A DNA stretch of 64,000 nt from a virus (taxonomy: Duplodnaviria; Caudoviricetes): the IMG/VR virus record IMGVR_UViG_3300014205_000173; one strand, given 5' to 3'. The translations under genes and the position numbers were made by a program. Below the pieces are notes generated by a model. The model did not search any database. It was given only the letters and a program-made list of their open reading frames with translations, and was not told the origin of the DNA. Below are positions 20,997 through 32,160 of the stretch, piece by piece (positions within the stretch are counted from its first letter, which is position 1; each line of letters opens with the position of its first letter).

Positions 20997-21419
20997 TCAA
21001 ACGTTTTTGTTAATTATTTTTAAATTCCCATAAAGTATGTCGTAAATATTTTTCCAATCTATATCAGTAAATTTAGATTCTGTCACATTATATCCAGCCA
21101 TTCCTAATTTGAAAAACATAGTTCTTCTGGCAGGATCATTACAAGAATGAAGATATATTTTTTTAATATCTTTATGATTATTCTCAAGGAATCTAACGAC
21201 TTCCATTCCACAATCAACTCTATTACTATCAACAAAAACTTCATCCCCTAAATCATGGTCAAGGAATAAGAAGTGAAAATCCTCATAATTTAGCCAATCA
21301 ATACATTCTTTTGCTGTTTTAACCGCTATAATGGTGTCTGTCTGTTTCCCAAGAAAATTTAATTTAAAAACTTCTATTCTGTTAATATTATCATCTAAAA
21401 ATAAAACTTTCATTTTCAA
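20997..21419 (-). CDS. receiver-like domain protein (cyclic-phosphate-processing receiver type)
   Basis: LFLDD, LDHDLG, G..V, LHS.N motifs. Confidence 0.75.
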   Translation of the reverse strand: MKMKVLFLDDNINRIEVFKLNFLGKQTDTIIAVKTAKECIDWLNYEDFHFLFLDHDLGDEVFVDSNRVDCGMEVVRFLENNHKDIKKIYLHSCNDPARRTMFFKLGMAGYNVTESKFTDIDWKNIYDILYGNLKIINKNV

Positions 21420-21640
21420 ATCTCCAATTGTTCAACTTGAGTTAATACTGTTGGTTTTTTAGGAAGCATATCTTTTGTTATGGCAACTTTCACTTCTGGT
21501 AAAATAGCATTAAAAAACTCATCTGGAATTTCAATCTTTAATTTAAATGCAATTTGAGTTGAAGATATTTTTGGTCTTTTTTTAGTAAACTTTTGAATAA
21601 CTCCATCCGAACTAACAGTTACAAAACATTCTGATTTCAT
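21416..21640 (-). CDS. hypothetical protein
   Basis: ATGA-coupled to both neighbours. Confidence 0.7.
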   Translation of the reverse strand: MKSECFVTVSSDGVIQKFTKKRPKISSTQIAFKLKIEIPDEFFNAILPEVKVAITKDMLPKKPTVLTQVEQLEI

Positions 21641-22065
21641 TTTATTTCCCTTTCAATAATTGTTATTCCATTTAGGTGGTCTAATTCGTGGGCGAATACT
21701 CGTGCCTCTATTCCTGAAATGTTTTCTATAACTTCTTCTAATTTCAAATTCATATATTTAACCTTTATATTTTTAGATCTTGAAACTAAAACATAAACAT
21801 CGGGAAAAGACAAACATCCCTCTTTTAAAACTTCTTCTTCTAAACTTTTTTCCAAAATCTCAGGATTAATAGCAACCTTATTTTTAAAAACAAAATATCT
21901 TCTCATATCACCTATTTGCGGTGCTGACAATCCTAATCCGTTTTTTTTCTTCATTTTCTTAATCATATTAACTATATTAACATGAAATAAAAAATCAATT
22001 TCTGAACATTCTACAGGTCTACAAGATTCTCTAAGTCTTTTATCATCACAATAAATCAAATACAT
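21637..22065 (-). CDS. def: peptide deformylase
   Basis: GLSAPQIG, EGCLS, HELDH. Confidence 0.96.
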   Translation of the reverse strand: MYLIYCDDKRLRESCRPVECSEIDFLFHVNIVNMIKKMKKKNGLGLSAPQIGDMRRYFVFKNKVAINPEILEKSLEEEVLKEGCLSFPDVYVLVSRSKNIKVKYMNLKLEEVIENISGIEARVFAHELDHLNGITIIEREIK

Positions 22066-22083
22066 AATTTTTCTCTAGTTTAT

Positions 22084-22959
22084 TTATGGTACAAAACAAA
22101 GGGCGCCTTTCTTTATCCAACTATAAGCAACTATACCATTCTGAAAAACAACAAGCTGTCTAACATAGTCTTTTTTTGGATTATGTCTTGTTACATAATC
22201 CGTCAATCTAACTAAGGTTCCATTGTAATCATAAACTCCGCCACCCCAGATATGTCCGTGACATAACTCTGTATTCATTTTTAGCCACAAACGAATACCA
22301 AGCATACTTAATCTTGATGGAGAAAATTCATTTCTTGTTCCATCAGGACTAGCAATCATCCAACTTGTAATATTTTTTACGTTCATAGAAACAAGACTAT
22401 CAATTGCTTGTGAATATTTTTTATAATTATCTATTCCGTTTTTCCTTAAAAGAACAGTTGCACGACATTGCAAATCATGTCTCTTTATATTATCAAATAT
22501 CTTTTTTAAATCCGGATATGACTTCAAATTATAAGCATTTGCTTGTTCTTCAGAAGAAACACCATGAATAGATACAGCAATTGCTGTAAGTCCTAAAGAT
22601 TTCCATATTGGTAAATAAGTATCACAAAAATCATCATTTGCCAAATTAATTCCATTTGTAAATAGATTTACATTAGGAAAATAAGCCCCTTGATTGGCAC
22701 AATCTTGATAGTCTTCTAACGCATTTGTAATGGCTTCTGGAGAACATGTTGGTTCTCCACTACTTGTAAGAGATAAACTCCAACCACCATATCTAGCAGA
22801 AAGCTTTATTGCCGACTTAAAAGTTGAAGGCATTCTTGAATTATTAGAATTTGGAGCTTGTTTTCTCAATTCTGTTGCTGCACAAAAACTACAATTACCA
22901 TTACATGTAGAACTTCCAACCAAAGCACTAACACTATATATTTTTTCTATACAAGCCAT
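22084..22959 (-). CDS. radical SAM protein
   Basis: CNGNCSFC, SGEP, FTNG, AVSIHG. Confidence 0.9.
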   Translation of the reverse strand: MACIEKIYSVSALVGSSTCNGNCSFCAATELRKQAPNSNNSRMPSTFKSAIKLSARYGGWSLSLTSSGEPTCSPEAITNALEDYQDCANQGAYFPNVNLFTNGINLANDDFCDTYLPIWKSLGLTAIAVSIHGVSSEEQANAYNLKSYPDLKKIFDNIKRHDLQCRATVLLRKNGIDNYKKYSQAIDSLVSMNVKNITSWMIASPDGTRNEFSPSRLSMLGIRLWLKMNTELCHGHIWGGGVYDYNGTLVRLTDYVTRHNPKKDYVRQLVVFQNGIVAYSWIKKGALCFVP

Positions 22960-23506
22960 AAGGTTCTCCTGTTAGTTCCGTATAACGGGTTAAAAAATCA
23001 AGAGCTACATCATTTTGATTTTTATAAACAATAAATTTATTAACTATATCTTCCGAATATAAATCAACTCCAAAAGATTTCCAGTTCCAATTTTTATGAC
23101 AAAGCATCTTCCCTTCAGTAGCCAAACATTTTTTATCAACAATATGAATTTCTTCTGGGAAAGGATATTTAAAATTAAGTTTTAAAGCTATAGCCCCTGC
23201 TAGACGATCTTCAATAGCCCCATAATAAGGAATCAATCTCTTTAATGGTTTAGGTAAATCCATCATATACGCTTCAGTGGCATCATGCATTAGTGCTTCT
23301 AATGGAAATTCTTTACAAACATAGCTACACATTAAACAATGTTGTGCTACTGAATAAAAAAATCTAGTATGCCCACAAAATCTAGGTATTCTAGATAGAG
23401 CATTGCTAATATCATTAATGTTAATTGAATCTGGATCTGGTTTTGAAAAATTAACCTCAACACCAGATAGTGTCATTATTGTTGGAGTTCCACAAAATGA
23501 TGTCAT
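22934..23506 (-). CDS. HD-domain phosphohydrolase (YfbR-like 5'-deoxynucleotidase)
   Basis: RFCGH..YSVAQH, LMHDATEAY..D.P.PLK. Confidence 0.88.
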   Translation of the reverse strand: MTSFCGTPTIMTLSGVEVNFSKPDPDSININDISNALSRIPRFCGHTRFFYSVAQHCLMCSYVCKEFPLEALMHDATEAYMMDLPKPLKRLIPYYGAIEDRLAGAIALKLNFKYPFPEEIHIVDKKCLATEGKMLCHKNWNWKSFGVDLYSEDIVNKFIVYKNQNDVALDFLTRYTELTGEPYGLYRKNI

Positions 23507-23518
23507 AAAAAATCTCTT

Positions 23519-25437
23519 TTAAATAATATAAAATGTTGGAGTATATCCATTTTTAATTGCTTCTATAATTTCCTTTTCTTCCCACCATTCTAATTTAATT
23601 TCAGCATCAAACGTTGTTCCGCTGTGAAAGGGACCAAGCGATAAACTAAAACCTTTTTCTGAAGAAGAAATATCTTCACCATCCTTTTGCCAACCATCAA
23701 AAACTAATTTTATTTTCATTTAGTTTTCTTTCACAAAATTTAAGGAATTTTCATACTCTTCAAGAACTACTAAAATAAGATTCTTTGCAGCACTATCAAC
23801 TTTTTCGTGGATAGGTAGAGATTCTTCCCAAATTTCAATTCTTTGCTTAAGAGTATCTACTATTTTTTTTAAAAAATCTGCGTCATAACAATCATTAGAT
23901 CCTTTAATTGTACTGCTTAAAAAAATAGCTAAATTTACAATAGATCCCGGCATATCCACACTAAGGTTTTCAACGGCTTGCCTATTGGAAAGCCATTCTT
24001 TTTCATTTTTTACCATAGATACTCTCCATTACTTAAATTAATAAAAATATTATTTGAATTCAACAATTTCAAATTTAAATCTTTTCCAAATGTCTGGAAA
24101 AGTTTTTTTACAAACTTCAACCATTAGATCAAATGGAACCATTCCTTTTACAAAAAAAGAACTATGACTCTGATATCTACTATCTATACTTCTATCCCAA
24201 AAAGATAAAAATGTAACATTATTCTTTTGTGTTAATTTAGCAACACCTTCTTTTTGATAGGAAGAACTTATTTCGGGACATAATCCTCCATCTAACTCTA
24301 CGTACATTTCGTTACTTATCCAATTTGGCATTTTGTTTTGATAAACAACTTCACTATAGCTATTATAAAGAAAATGACCAACACTATTCAAACATCCAAA
24401 ATAAAAAACATCTTCTTTTTTAGGCATATAATTATAAAAAACTAGCTGATCTTCATGCGTAATACAAGGGCTATCCTTGCTAGGATAAATAGCCGCAATA
24501 AACTTAGAATAGTGATCTTCTTTTATATTTGGGAAAGTTCTTTTTACTCTTTCATCCGTTCCACTTATAATTTCAACAATAGTGTTATCCGGATATAAGG
24601 TATCACCAATTTTTGTTGGATATTTTAATTTTGCAAATTTCATTTTTATTATCCTATTTAGATTTTTTATTCGTTATTAGTCTTTTGTTATAATTTTTTT
24701 ATAATACTCAATCCAATGATTACATCTAGGAATTATTGTATTATTAATTCTGTCTCTATTTGTTTTATCATAAGCATATCCATATTCTGGTCTTGAATTT
24801 AACCATTCTTCTGACTTGCTTTCAAGATTTTTTCTTGCCTCTTCCAATTCTTTTTCATATCTTGTAAGTTCTTCTCCAAATATAGAAAAAAGCTGTTTTT
24901 CAGAAGAAACTTCTATATATGGTTCATCATAGTTAGTCCCGACTCTTAAATAGTAAGAGTTTCCGTATTCTGTTTTAAGATTTTCTAAAAACATAATAAC
25001 ATTATTAACTTCAGTATACCCCCCATACCAACCGCTAGTGTTTTCTATAGTAACCATAGATCCTGATTTACTTGCAACTATTTTATCATTAATATAATTC
25101 ATTTTGTTATTCCTATAATCTTTATATATTATTTTTTAGTTTAACAAAAAACTACATACTAATTAGTAGTATTGTTTTGAATATCTATTGTTTCATAATA
25201 TGCGTCTAATTGATACATCAAAACTTCACCATTATCTCCATCGCCACCTTTTTTCCAACAAAAAGAATCACTATAATCATTAAAGTCATGAATGGCTAAA
25301 AAGTTCATTAGCTCTATACTTTTTGGATGATGTTCTATACCAGAACTCCATCTATCAATATCAGTAATTCCATTCTGTTTGGCTAAATCGTAAATTTTAC
25401 TTTTGCTCATCTTTATACTCAGGACATAAGAAATCAA
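23519..25437 (-). CDS. five hypothetical proteins (23519-23719, 23720-24016, 24050-24643, 24677-25102, 25159-25437)
   Basis: Tiled ORFs on the coding strand. Confidence 0.65.
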
Positions 25438-25523
25438 TGTCTTCTTTTATATTTTTCACAGAAGATACAACTCCACAAAAAGGACACTTTTTGTTATACA
25501 TTTTCAATCCTTAAAAAATATGA

Positions 25524-25597
25524 AGCTGCCTCTAGGATTCGAACCTAGGACCTTTTAGATTACAAATCTAAAGCTCTACCAACTGAGCTAAAGCAGC
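25524..25597 (-). tRNA. tRNA-Thr(TGT)
   Basis: Stem TTAGA/TCTAA, loop TT-TGT-AA, short variable loop. Confidence 0.9.
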
Positions 25598-25607
25598 AAA
25601 TTTTTAT

Positions 25608-26629
25608 TTAATTTATATACGATATAGAAAACGAATCATTGCCTCTTGGTCTATCACAAGCTTCAACATCTCCATTGGAAAGTGGATGATGAAGAGTCCA
25701 ATAAACACCATCATTCATATAGCATTTTTCTCCAGAACATTCCAGACTAACAACACTCTCTTCATTAGAGTCTTCTTCGTTTAAATAGAAAAGTTTACTA
25801 CCACATACTGGACAATGATAGTTAGACATTACTTTCATTTTAATTTCCTTTTCTCTAATTCTTTTCTTAAGGGTGTTAGTTTTAAAATCAATTCTTCAAT
25901 CTCATCAGGATACCAAACTGTCTCGTCTATGCTATATCCTCTTTCGTACTGACAAACTATTTTATAAATATAATTGATTGAGTTTTCAATATGTTCATTA
26001 GACATATCTTTAATTAAGATTATTTCTCCAGAACGAGTTCTCCATTTCATTTTAGTTTGCCTTTTTCAAGACTGCAATTCCAACCCATTCATTTGTATCT
26101 ACATCATATACAAATTGATGACCTTCTGTTTCCTTGGGGAATGCAACTAAAATATAAGTAACTCCATCCTTATTCATAACTTTTTCGGTGGTTAATCTTA
26201 AAACTTCAGAAGGACCATTATCTTCAACAACATCACTAGAATCAACACTAACACATCCAACAAACATAAAAACAAAAATAAAAACTAAAAACATTAAGTT
26301 TTTTTTCATTTCTTATCCCTTTTATATTGGTCAATTAAAGAAGAAGCTCTTTTGTCGGTAATTGGTAATGCCTTTACTTTTTCCTCTACAATTTTTTGAG
26401 CTATTTTTATTTCTTCTTGTTTCTTGTTTCTTTCTTCTTCTGACAAAGTACTTATGTAGTCAATTTGTTTTTTTGCACTTTTAACTTCTTCTGTTTGAGG
26501 AATAGAATCAAGACCTTCTTTAATTACATTAATATTTTCTTCAGTTATATTGACTTCTTTATTAGAACTGAATAAAATTCTAATAATTTCAATCAGTGGT
26601 TTTAGTAGTAATAAAATTTTTTTTATCAT
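25608..26629 (-). CDS. four small proteins (25608-25838 Zn-ribbon-like, 25835-26050, 26052-26309 lipoprotein, 26306-26629)
   Basis: CPVC..C motif; FVGC lipobox; translational coupling. Confidence 0.65.
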
Positions 26630-26650
26630 TTTATATCCTTTAAATTTTAA

Positions 26651-26741
26651 TGGCGGAAGGTAAGAGAATCGAACTCTTGCTACCTTTTAGGTAGAGTGGT
26701 TTAGCAAACCACCCCAACAAACCAACATTTGGCTACCCTCC
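26651..26741 (-). tRNA. tRNA-Ser(GCT)
   Basis: Loop TT-GCT-AA, long variable arm, G73, CCA. Confidence 0.9.
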
Positions 26742-26756
26742 ATTTTTCTGACACTA

Positions 26757-27442
26757 TTAAAAAACATTTTTAGAAACTGTTTGTTTAAGCTTATCAAAGC
26801 AGATAGTATCTGTTTTGATTATTTCTGGACTAATATACCAACAATTTATTTTATAATCTGCATATGCAACAGTTTCTCTTTGATAATAAATAAAAACTTG
26901 ATGGGGACATTTACTTAAGTATTCATGGAAATATTTGTGTTTTTGATCTTGTGGAAAATAAATATTATATTTCAATATATGTCTATCATCAAATTCTATA
27001 TATGGACCTCTCTCACCAATAACAACTCTTAAATATCCTTTAGCTAATTTATAATCACATTTACAGCAATAAAAATCAGTTACTTCATCGCCTAAAATAG
27101 GAATATTTAAACAACCAATAATTTCTCTTTTCTTTTTTAAAGAAATCATTTTAACTATAAAGATTTAAATATTTTATTTTCAACTTCATTTTCCCAAATT
27201 CTTAATCCATTTTCAGGAATAACAAGATCATCATTAACAAAAACTTCCATAGTCTCTTCAGGATTTGTATACGATTCAGGGGTAACACCTTTGTTTTTAC
27301 TATATTCTTTTTTTCTTTCTTTATTAAAATCACTCAAACATTTTTCTCTATCTGCTACTTGGTTAAAAACAGTAACGCCATCCCACTCTGGACCACTCCA
27401 TGAGTCTCTTTCAAGCCATCGGATTGCATAAACTTTTTTCAT
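26757..27442 (-). CDS. two hypothetical proteins (26757-27149, 27155-27442)
   Basis: Tiled ORFs. Confidence 0.65.
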
Positions 27443-27486
27443 AATAGTTTCCTAAACCAAACAGATATCAATTTTCTAACAAAAAT

Positions 27487-27515
27487 TGATGCTCTTTGAG
27501 AGAATTGAACTCACG
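27487..27515 (-). pseudogene. tRNA 3'-half remnant
   Basis: GTGAG-TTCAATT-CTCTC T-arm plus AAAGAGC-A-TCA; no 5' half found. Confidence 0.5.
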
Positions 27516-27815
27516 TCAGAAACAAAGACCAACTTCTTCTTTATTGACCAATTTAAAACTAATAATTCTACCGCTTCCTTCTTCTAAAACTTTAGCAAGA
27601 ACCTTCCCATTTGTTCCAGCCAAACCTTGAAGAAGTCCTAAGACACTTAATGTATATCCACCAAAAAAATCACTTACAACAATATTTGGATGTTTTTCCA
27701 TTTCTTCATTTACAATAACGCAACTATTCATTAAACATGTTATTCCTACAGGGTCAAGTAAAAGTGCTTCATTTAATAAATCACATACTTTTTGATCAAT
27801 CATATAAAATCTCAC
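27516..27815 (-). CDS. hypothetical protein
   Basis: ORF between tRNA elements. Confidence 0.7.
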   Translation of the reverse strand: MRFYMIDQKVCDLLNEALLLDPVGITCLMNSCVIVNEEMEKHPNIVVSDFFGGYTLSVLGLLQGLAGTNGKVLAKVLEEGSGRIISFKLVNKEEVGLCF

Positions 27816-27830
27816 TTATATTATAAAAGA

Positions 27831-27908
27831 TGGAGCAGGTAGCCGGATTTGAACCGGCGTGTCTAACTTGGAAGGATAGCATCTTAAACCAGACTAGATG
27901 ATACCTGC
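27831..27908 (-). tRNA. tRNA-Gly(TCC)
   Basis: Loop CT-TCC-AA, U73, CCA. Confidence 0.88.
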
Positions 27909-27923
27909 TTTATTACTTTACTC

Positions 27924-28011
27924 TGGATCTGAGAGTGAGATTTGAACTCACGATGTGGTTTCCCAGCAGGATTACAAATCCTGTGCAATCGACCAACTAT
28001 GCGATCCCAGA
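27924..28011 (-). tRNA. tRNA-Thr(TGT) with long variable arm
   Basis: Stem CAGGA/TCCTG, loop TT-TGT-AA, variable arm CTGGGAAACCACATC, CCA. Confidence 0.8.
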
Positions 28012-28037
28012 ACTTACTAAATCAACTTTACACATAT

Positions 28038-28082
28038 ACGATAAAAGTAATTAGGCTCTAAGTCAATCATTTTTTTGGCCAA
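28038..28082 (-). promoter_or_regulatory. sigma70-like promoter with GGCC box (tRNA pair)
   Basis: TTGACT-17-TATCGT; GGCC at 28077-28080. Confidence 0.55.
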
Positions 28083-28096
28083 GATTAATTTTTAAA

Positions 28097-29156
28097 TTAA
28101 AAATTAGACTCTGGGTTAACACATTCTATTTTTTTAAAAGAAATTAATTCTTTTGAAGAATAGAAATTTGGTTGTATAGCCCAAGATGTATAATTTATTT
28201 TGTAAGAATTTCCTATGTTCCTAATAAGATCTTTAGCCATTTCACTATCTTTTGTAGATATGTAATTAATTTCAGTTTTTTCAGAAACAATTTTAAAGAC
28301 CCAAAAATCTACTTCCCCTTTAGCCTCGCCCTTAACTATAGTTCCAACAACTTGCCCAGAAGAAAAATTTTTATTAAATCCACCAAAAAATATAATTATG
28401 GGATAAAACGCACCCAACCAAATACATGCCGAGGCTATTCTTGACATTAATATTAAATCTTCAAAAATAATTTTTTTAACATTAATTTCTATAAAAAAAA
28501 GAATAGAAATAAAAAACAAACCAATTATCCAACATATTAATCCCATTTTAAGTTCCTTTAATATAAATTATTTTTATTTATCAAACATAAACTCTTCTAA
28601 AGGTATTCTTTTCCCTGTGTCTATAAATGCTTCCATTGATTTACTATATTTTAAAAAATTGTATCCTCCTTCAACATCTTCCGTTCTTATAATCCTTTTT
28701 GATGTTGGTTTATATTCTTTATCAAGCTTTAATAGAGTAACACATCTTCCACCATTAATAACATCATTATGACATCTCCTTTCTGAAAAATTATTTACAC
28801 TTAAAACAAGCCAGTTTGTTCTTCCTTTTCTAAATCTTACTACCTGACATGGGAAAAGCATTTTAGGCGAATCCATTTTATTTCCTTATTATAATAAATT
28901 TACTTAGAAAAACTTACTTTTTCTTTCCGATAAGACATGTTACCAAATCATCTCCTGAAAGTTTTTTACAAAAAGCTGTTGTAAGGCTTTTTGTCGCACA
29001 TTCTGGACATAAATCAATCTTTTTAACAATGTCACTATAACCATTTCCAGAAGCATCCATTTCAGAACCTGTAATAATTTCTATTGTAACAGTATTAAGT
29101 GGGCATATTTCATTTTTACATCTATCACAATATATTCTTACCAGACTTTTTCTCAT
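28097..29156 (-). CDS. three hypothetical proteins (28097-28546 membrane, 28574-28876, 28914-29156 CxxC..CxxC)
   Basis: Tiled ORFs. Confidence 0.65.
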
Positions 29157-29746
29157 TATGCTTCTTTTCCATGTAAGGAGTATAGTGTATCAAAACTACT
29201 AAGTGTATTCTTATAAACCTCATAATCTTCCATGTTAAAACAAACTATAACTATTTCTTCAATTGTTGTTTTTGAAAAATCATTATCAAAATTTTTAATT
29301 GCTTTAATTGCAATTTCAGAAGCTTGAGTAATTGGAAATGCAAAAATACCAGTTGAAATAGATGGAAACGCAATTGTTTTTAAATTGTAAGCATTTGCAA
29401 TTTTCAAGCAGTTTGACCAGCAATTATATAATTGCTTTTTATTTTCTTCACTAACGATGCCTTTAAAACATCTTGGACCAACTGTATGAATTATAAATTG
29501 TGATGGCAAATTGTAGCCCTTAGTAATTTCAGCGTCACCGGTTAAACACCTAACTTGACCATTACTGATTTTTACTGGGAATTTTAAACACTCCTTAAGT
29601 AATTCTGGACCAGCAGCCCTATGGATGGCACCATCAACACCACCACCACCCAACAAGGTTTCATTTGCTGCATTTACAATAACATCTACATTTTCTTTAG
29701 TAATGTCTCCTTGTTTAATCACCAATGTTATCATTTTTGTCTCCAT
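29156..29746 (-). CDS. macrodomain ADP-ribose hydrolase (YmdB/MacroD-like)
   Basis: GDIT, VNAAN..L.GGGGVDGAIH.AAGP, HTVGP, FPSISTGIF. Confidence 0.95.
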   Translation of the reverse strand: METKMITLVIKQGDITKENVDVIVNAANETLLGGGGVDGAIHRAAGPELLKECLKFPVKISNGQVRCLTGDAEITKGYNLPSQFIIHTVGPRCFKGIVSEENKKQLYNCWSNCLKIANAYNLKTIAFPSISTGIFAFPITQASEIAIKAIKNFDNDFSKTTIEEIVIVCFNMEDYEVYKNTLSSFDTLYSLHGKEA

Positions 29747-30710
29747 CTAAAGAATAATTTCCACAATCTAAATAACCGGCGTTTTTGATTTTATTATAAC
29801 TTTCTAGAATTTGTTCTTTAGTAACAATTGGTCCAACAATTGGTTCAGTATAATCAACAATTATATTTTGAATACCAACATTTGGAATAACAATATTAGG
29901 AGGGTTAAAATTAGGAGAATTGAAAATAGGGTTATTAATATTTGGATTAGTATCTAGGGGAATAATTGTTGGAGGACTAAGGGCAGGAGAATCTGATGAT
30001 TCAGTATCTGGTCTATATTGAAGGTCTTGATTTGGATCAACATAAAAGTTATTAACTGCACCAATCCCAGCAGAACGAGCGGAACTATAAGATCTAATTC
30101 CCCTAGTCATATCTTGACTTCCTTCTGCAAATCCTTGTGGTGTAAAGTTAAGATTTTGAACATTAGAAGGACTAATTCCAATTGTTCTACTTAATTTTTG
30201 CAAATCAATATTTGCGCCAAGAACGGTAAATGTCCATCTATTAGATTCTTGAAGATCTTTAATAAATGCAGATAAAGATTCTCCACGAAATTCTTTAGAA
30301 TTATTTTCTTCACCATCTGTAATTACTAAAATTAAGAATGAAATATCAACATCATCGTAATCTTTAACTTTCTTGAAAGTATTAATTGCTAACCCAATAC
30401 CATCATATAAAGCTGTCATTCCACTAGGATTATATGTTCCTTTATTTATTTTTTCAACATTGCGCACAGGCACGTTTTCACAAACAATTTCGGTATCAGA
30501 AGAAAACTTTATGATTGTAACAATATTTTCAATATTGTTTTTTTCTCCCTCAATTTTCAATGTGTCTAAGTTTTCATTAAATAGACTAATTGCTTGCTTA
30601 TTCATACTACCCATAGAAGAACTTTCATCTAAAACAAAAGCCACATAGGTCTTTCTCTTTTTTGGTTGAACATTTTCAATTTGAATTTCTATGTTATCAA
30701 TGTTTGTCAT
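29715..30710 (-). CDS. vWA-domain protein with Pro/Asn-rich tail
   Basis: MIDAS DESSSM, TALYDGIG, ITDGEEN.S. Confidence 0.9.
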   Translation of the reverse strand: MTNIDNIEIQIENVQPKKRKTYVAFVLDESSSMGSMNKQAISLFNENLDTLKIEGEKNNIENIVTIIKFSSDTEIVCENVPVRNVEKINKGTYNPSGMTALYDGIGLAINTFKKVKDYDDVDISFLILVITDGEENNSKEFRGESLSAFIKDLQESNRWTFTVLGANIDLQKLSRTIGISPSNVQNLNFTPQGFAEGSQDMTRGIRSYSSARSAGIGAVNNFYVDPNQDLQYRPDTESSDSPALSPPTIIPLDTNPNINNPIFNSPNFNPPNIVIPNVGIQNIIVDYTEPIVGPIVTKEQILESYNKIKNAGYLDCGNYSLDGDKNDNIGD

Positions 30711-31783
30711 TTAACAAACTCCTTCTTCTTTAGTTTAAATTTTATTTCTTTTTTCTTTTTTTTAATATTTTTTTCTTGAACTATAATTGCCGATACAGGT
30801 TGTTGTTCCATGTAAGTGTTATAATAGGAAAACTGTCTTATATCAAACATTTTATTGTTACATGGAGGTATCATATTGTCTGAGTTTCTTCTACCTCTAT
30901 TATAAATAGAGATTATTTCATTTAATATTGAGTAAAATCTACTTCCTCCTTCTACTAACATTTTACTTTTCTGATAAACATTATCCCAGTTTTTTATAGA
31001 AACAAGAAATTCAGAAATCTTTTCATTGTTCTTAAAGGTATTACCAAATCTCATATGAAACAAAACAACAAACCGAAATACTGCCAAGTAAAGATCCGCT
31101 TTTGACCAAAAGTTTTTATTTACATTACAATCAAACTGACAAGCTTCATTTAATATTGAAACTACTTGACTAAAATAGTTATAAGAATTATCAGTTAGAT
31201 TGTCTAAAAAGAAAGGAAGTTTTTTAATGTCTCTTTTAGGCGTTGATGACGATAGTAGTGAAATTGCTCCTACAAAATTAAGTTTTGATATACATGACTC
31301 ATTAGTGTCCCAGCCAATCAACTGATCATCAAGAATGTTATATACTCGTTTAACATTGCTGTCAAGTCGGGCCAATAAATCCATTCGATGCCCCGCTGAC
31401 TGCATCTTTATGTTGTTATTTATCATATACAAAATCATTTCTTCTTCAAGAGACAATCCATAATAAAAAATTGCAAAAAGACTTTTTTTTGTCTTAATTG
31501 CTGCATAAGCTCTATGTTGTCCGTCTATTATTATTTTTGAATTATCATCTCTTACAGACACAGCAATAGGATATGTATATTGACAAAAATTAAAATTCTT
31601 ATAGTATTTTGAAAAGTTTTTACAGATATCGGAAGCATGAGGTTGGTTTAATTTCCTCATATATCTTTTATCTACTTCAAATTCTTTTAGTTTTATTGGA
31701 GTTAAAAGAGTTAGCTCAAATCTTTTAGATTCAAAACTAAAAAAATTATTTTCTTTAATTGGTACTTTATTTTCTAAAGTCAT
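30707..31783 (-). CDS. ParB/Srx-like DGQHR protein
   Basis: IIDGQHR motif. Confidence 0.75.
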   Translation of the reverse strand: MTLENKVPIKENNFFSFESKRFELTLLTPIKLKEFEVDKRYMRKLNQPHASDICKNFSKYYKNFNFCQYTYPIAVSVRDDNSKIIIDGQHRAYAAIKTKKSLFAIFYYGLSLEEEMILYMINNNIKMQSAGHRMDLLARLDSNVKRVYNILDDQLIGWDTNESCISKLNFVGAISLLSSSTPKRDIKKLPFFLDNLTDNSYNYFSQVVSILNEACQFDCNVNKNFWSKADLYLAVFRFVVLFHMRFGNTFKNNEKISEFLVSIKNWDNVYQKSKMLVEGGSRFYSILNEIISIYNRGRRNSDNMIPPCNNKMFDIRQFSYYNTYMEQQPVSAIIVQEKNIKKKKKEIKFKLKKKEFVK

Positions 31784-32044
31784 CTATTCATCGTCTTCTT
31801 CCTCAAACTCACCAAAGTCTTCTAGATCAGTTTGAATTTCAATAAATCCAGCTTCTGTGTTAACTATAAAATCATCATAATCATAATCAAAATTAACAAC
31901 AGCCGTTGGTTCGGTTAAATCTCCATAACTATCTTCTGTGTTCTTTAAAAAATCCCAATAATTGTCTTGTCCCTGATTCTCTAACCAAGACATAAACCTT
32001 TCAACACAAAGTTCATTTTCAAAATTAATTGTAAGCTTAACCAT
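31784..32044 (-). CDS. small acidic protein
   Basis: Strongly Asp/Glu-rich 86-aa ORF. Confidence 0.7.
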   Translation of the reverse strand: MVKLTINFENELCVERFMSWLENQGQDNYWDFLKNTEDSYGDLTEPTAVVNFDYDYDDFIVNTEAGFIEIQTDLEDFGEFEEEDDE

Positions 32045-32160
32045 TTTCGAATTTCTCCTAAATATTTACAGTTCCTTTAACAATAGGACAAAAAACATGG
32101 CCAAATCAGTAAAGGTATCTGTAAGAGCAATTCGAAGAATTTCTTAAAACTCCTTTATTT

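Noticed and set aside
22934-23506. DatZ / Z-genome pathway
   Set aside because: The HD protein looks like a generic YfbR-type enzyme and no purZ is present in the window.
27924-28011. Reading the long-arm tRNA as Tyr(GTA)
   Set aside because: The 5-bp stem CAGGA/TCCTG centres TGT in the 7-nt loop; a GTA register breaks the stem.
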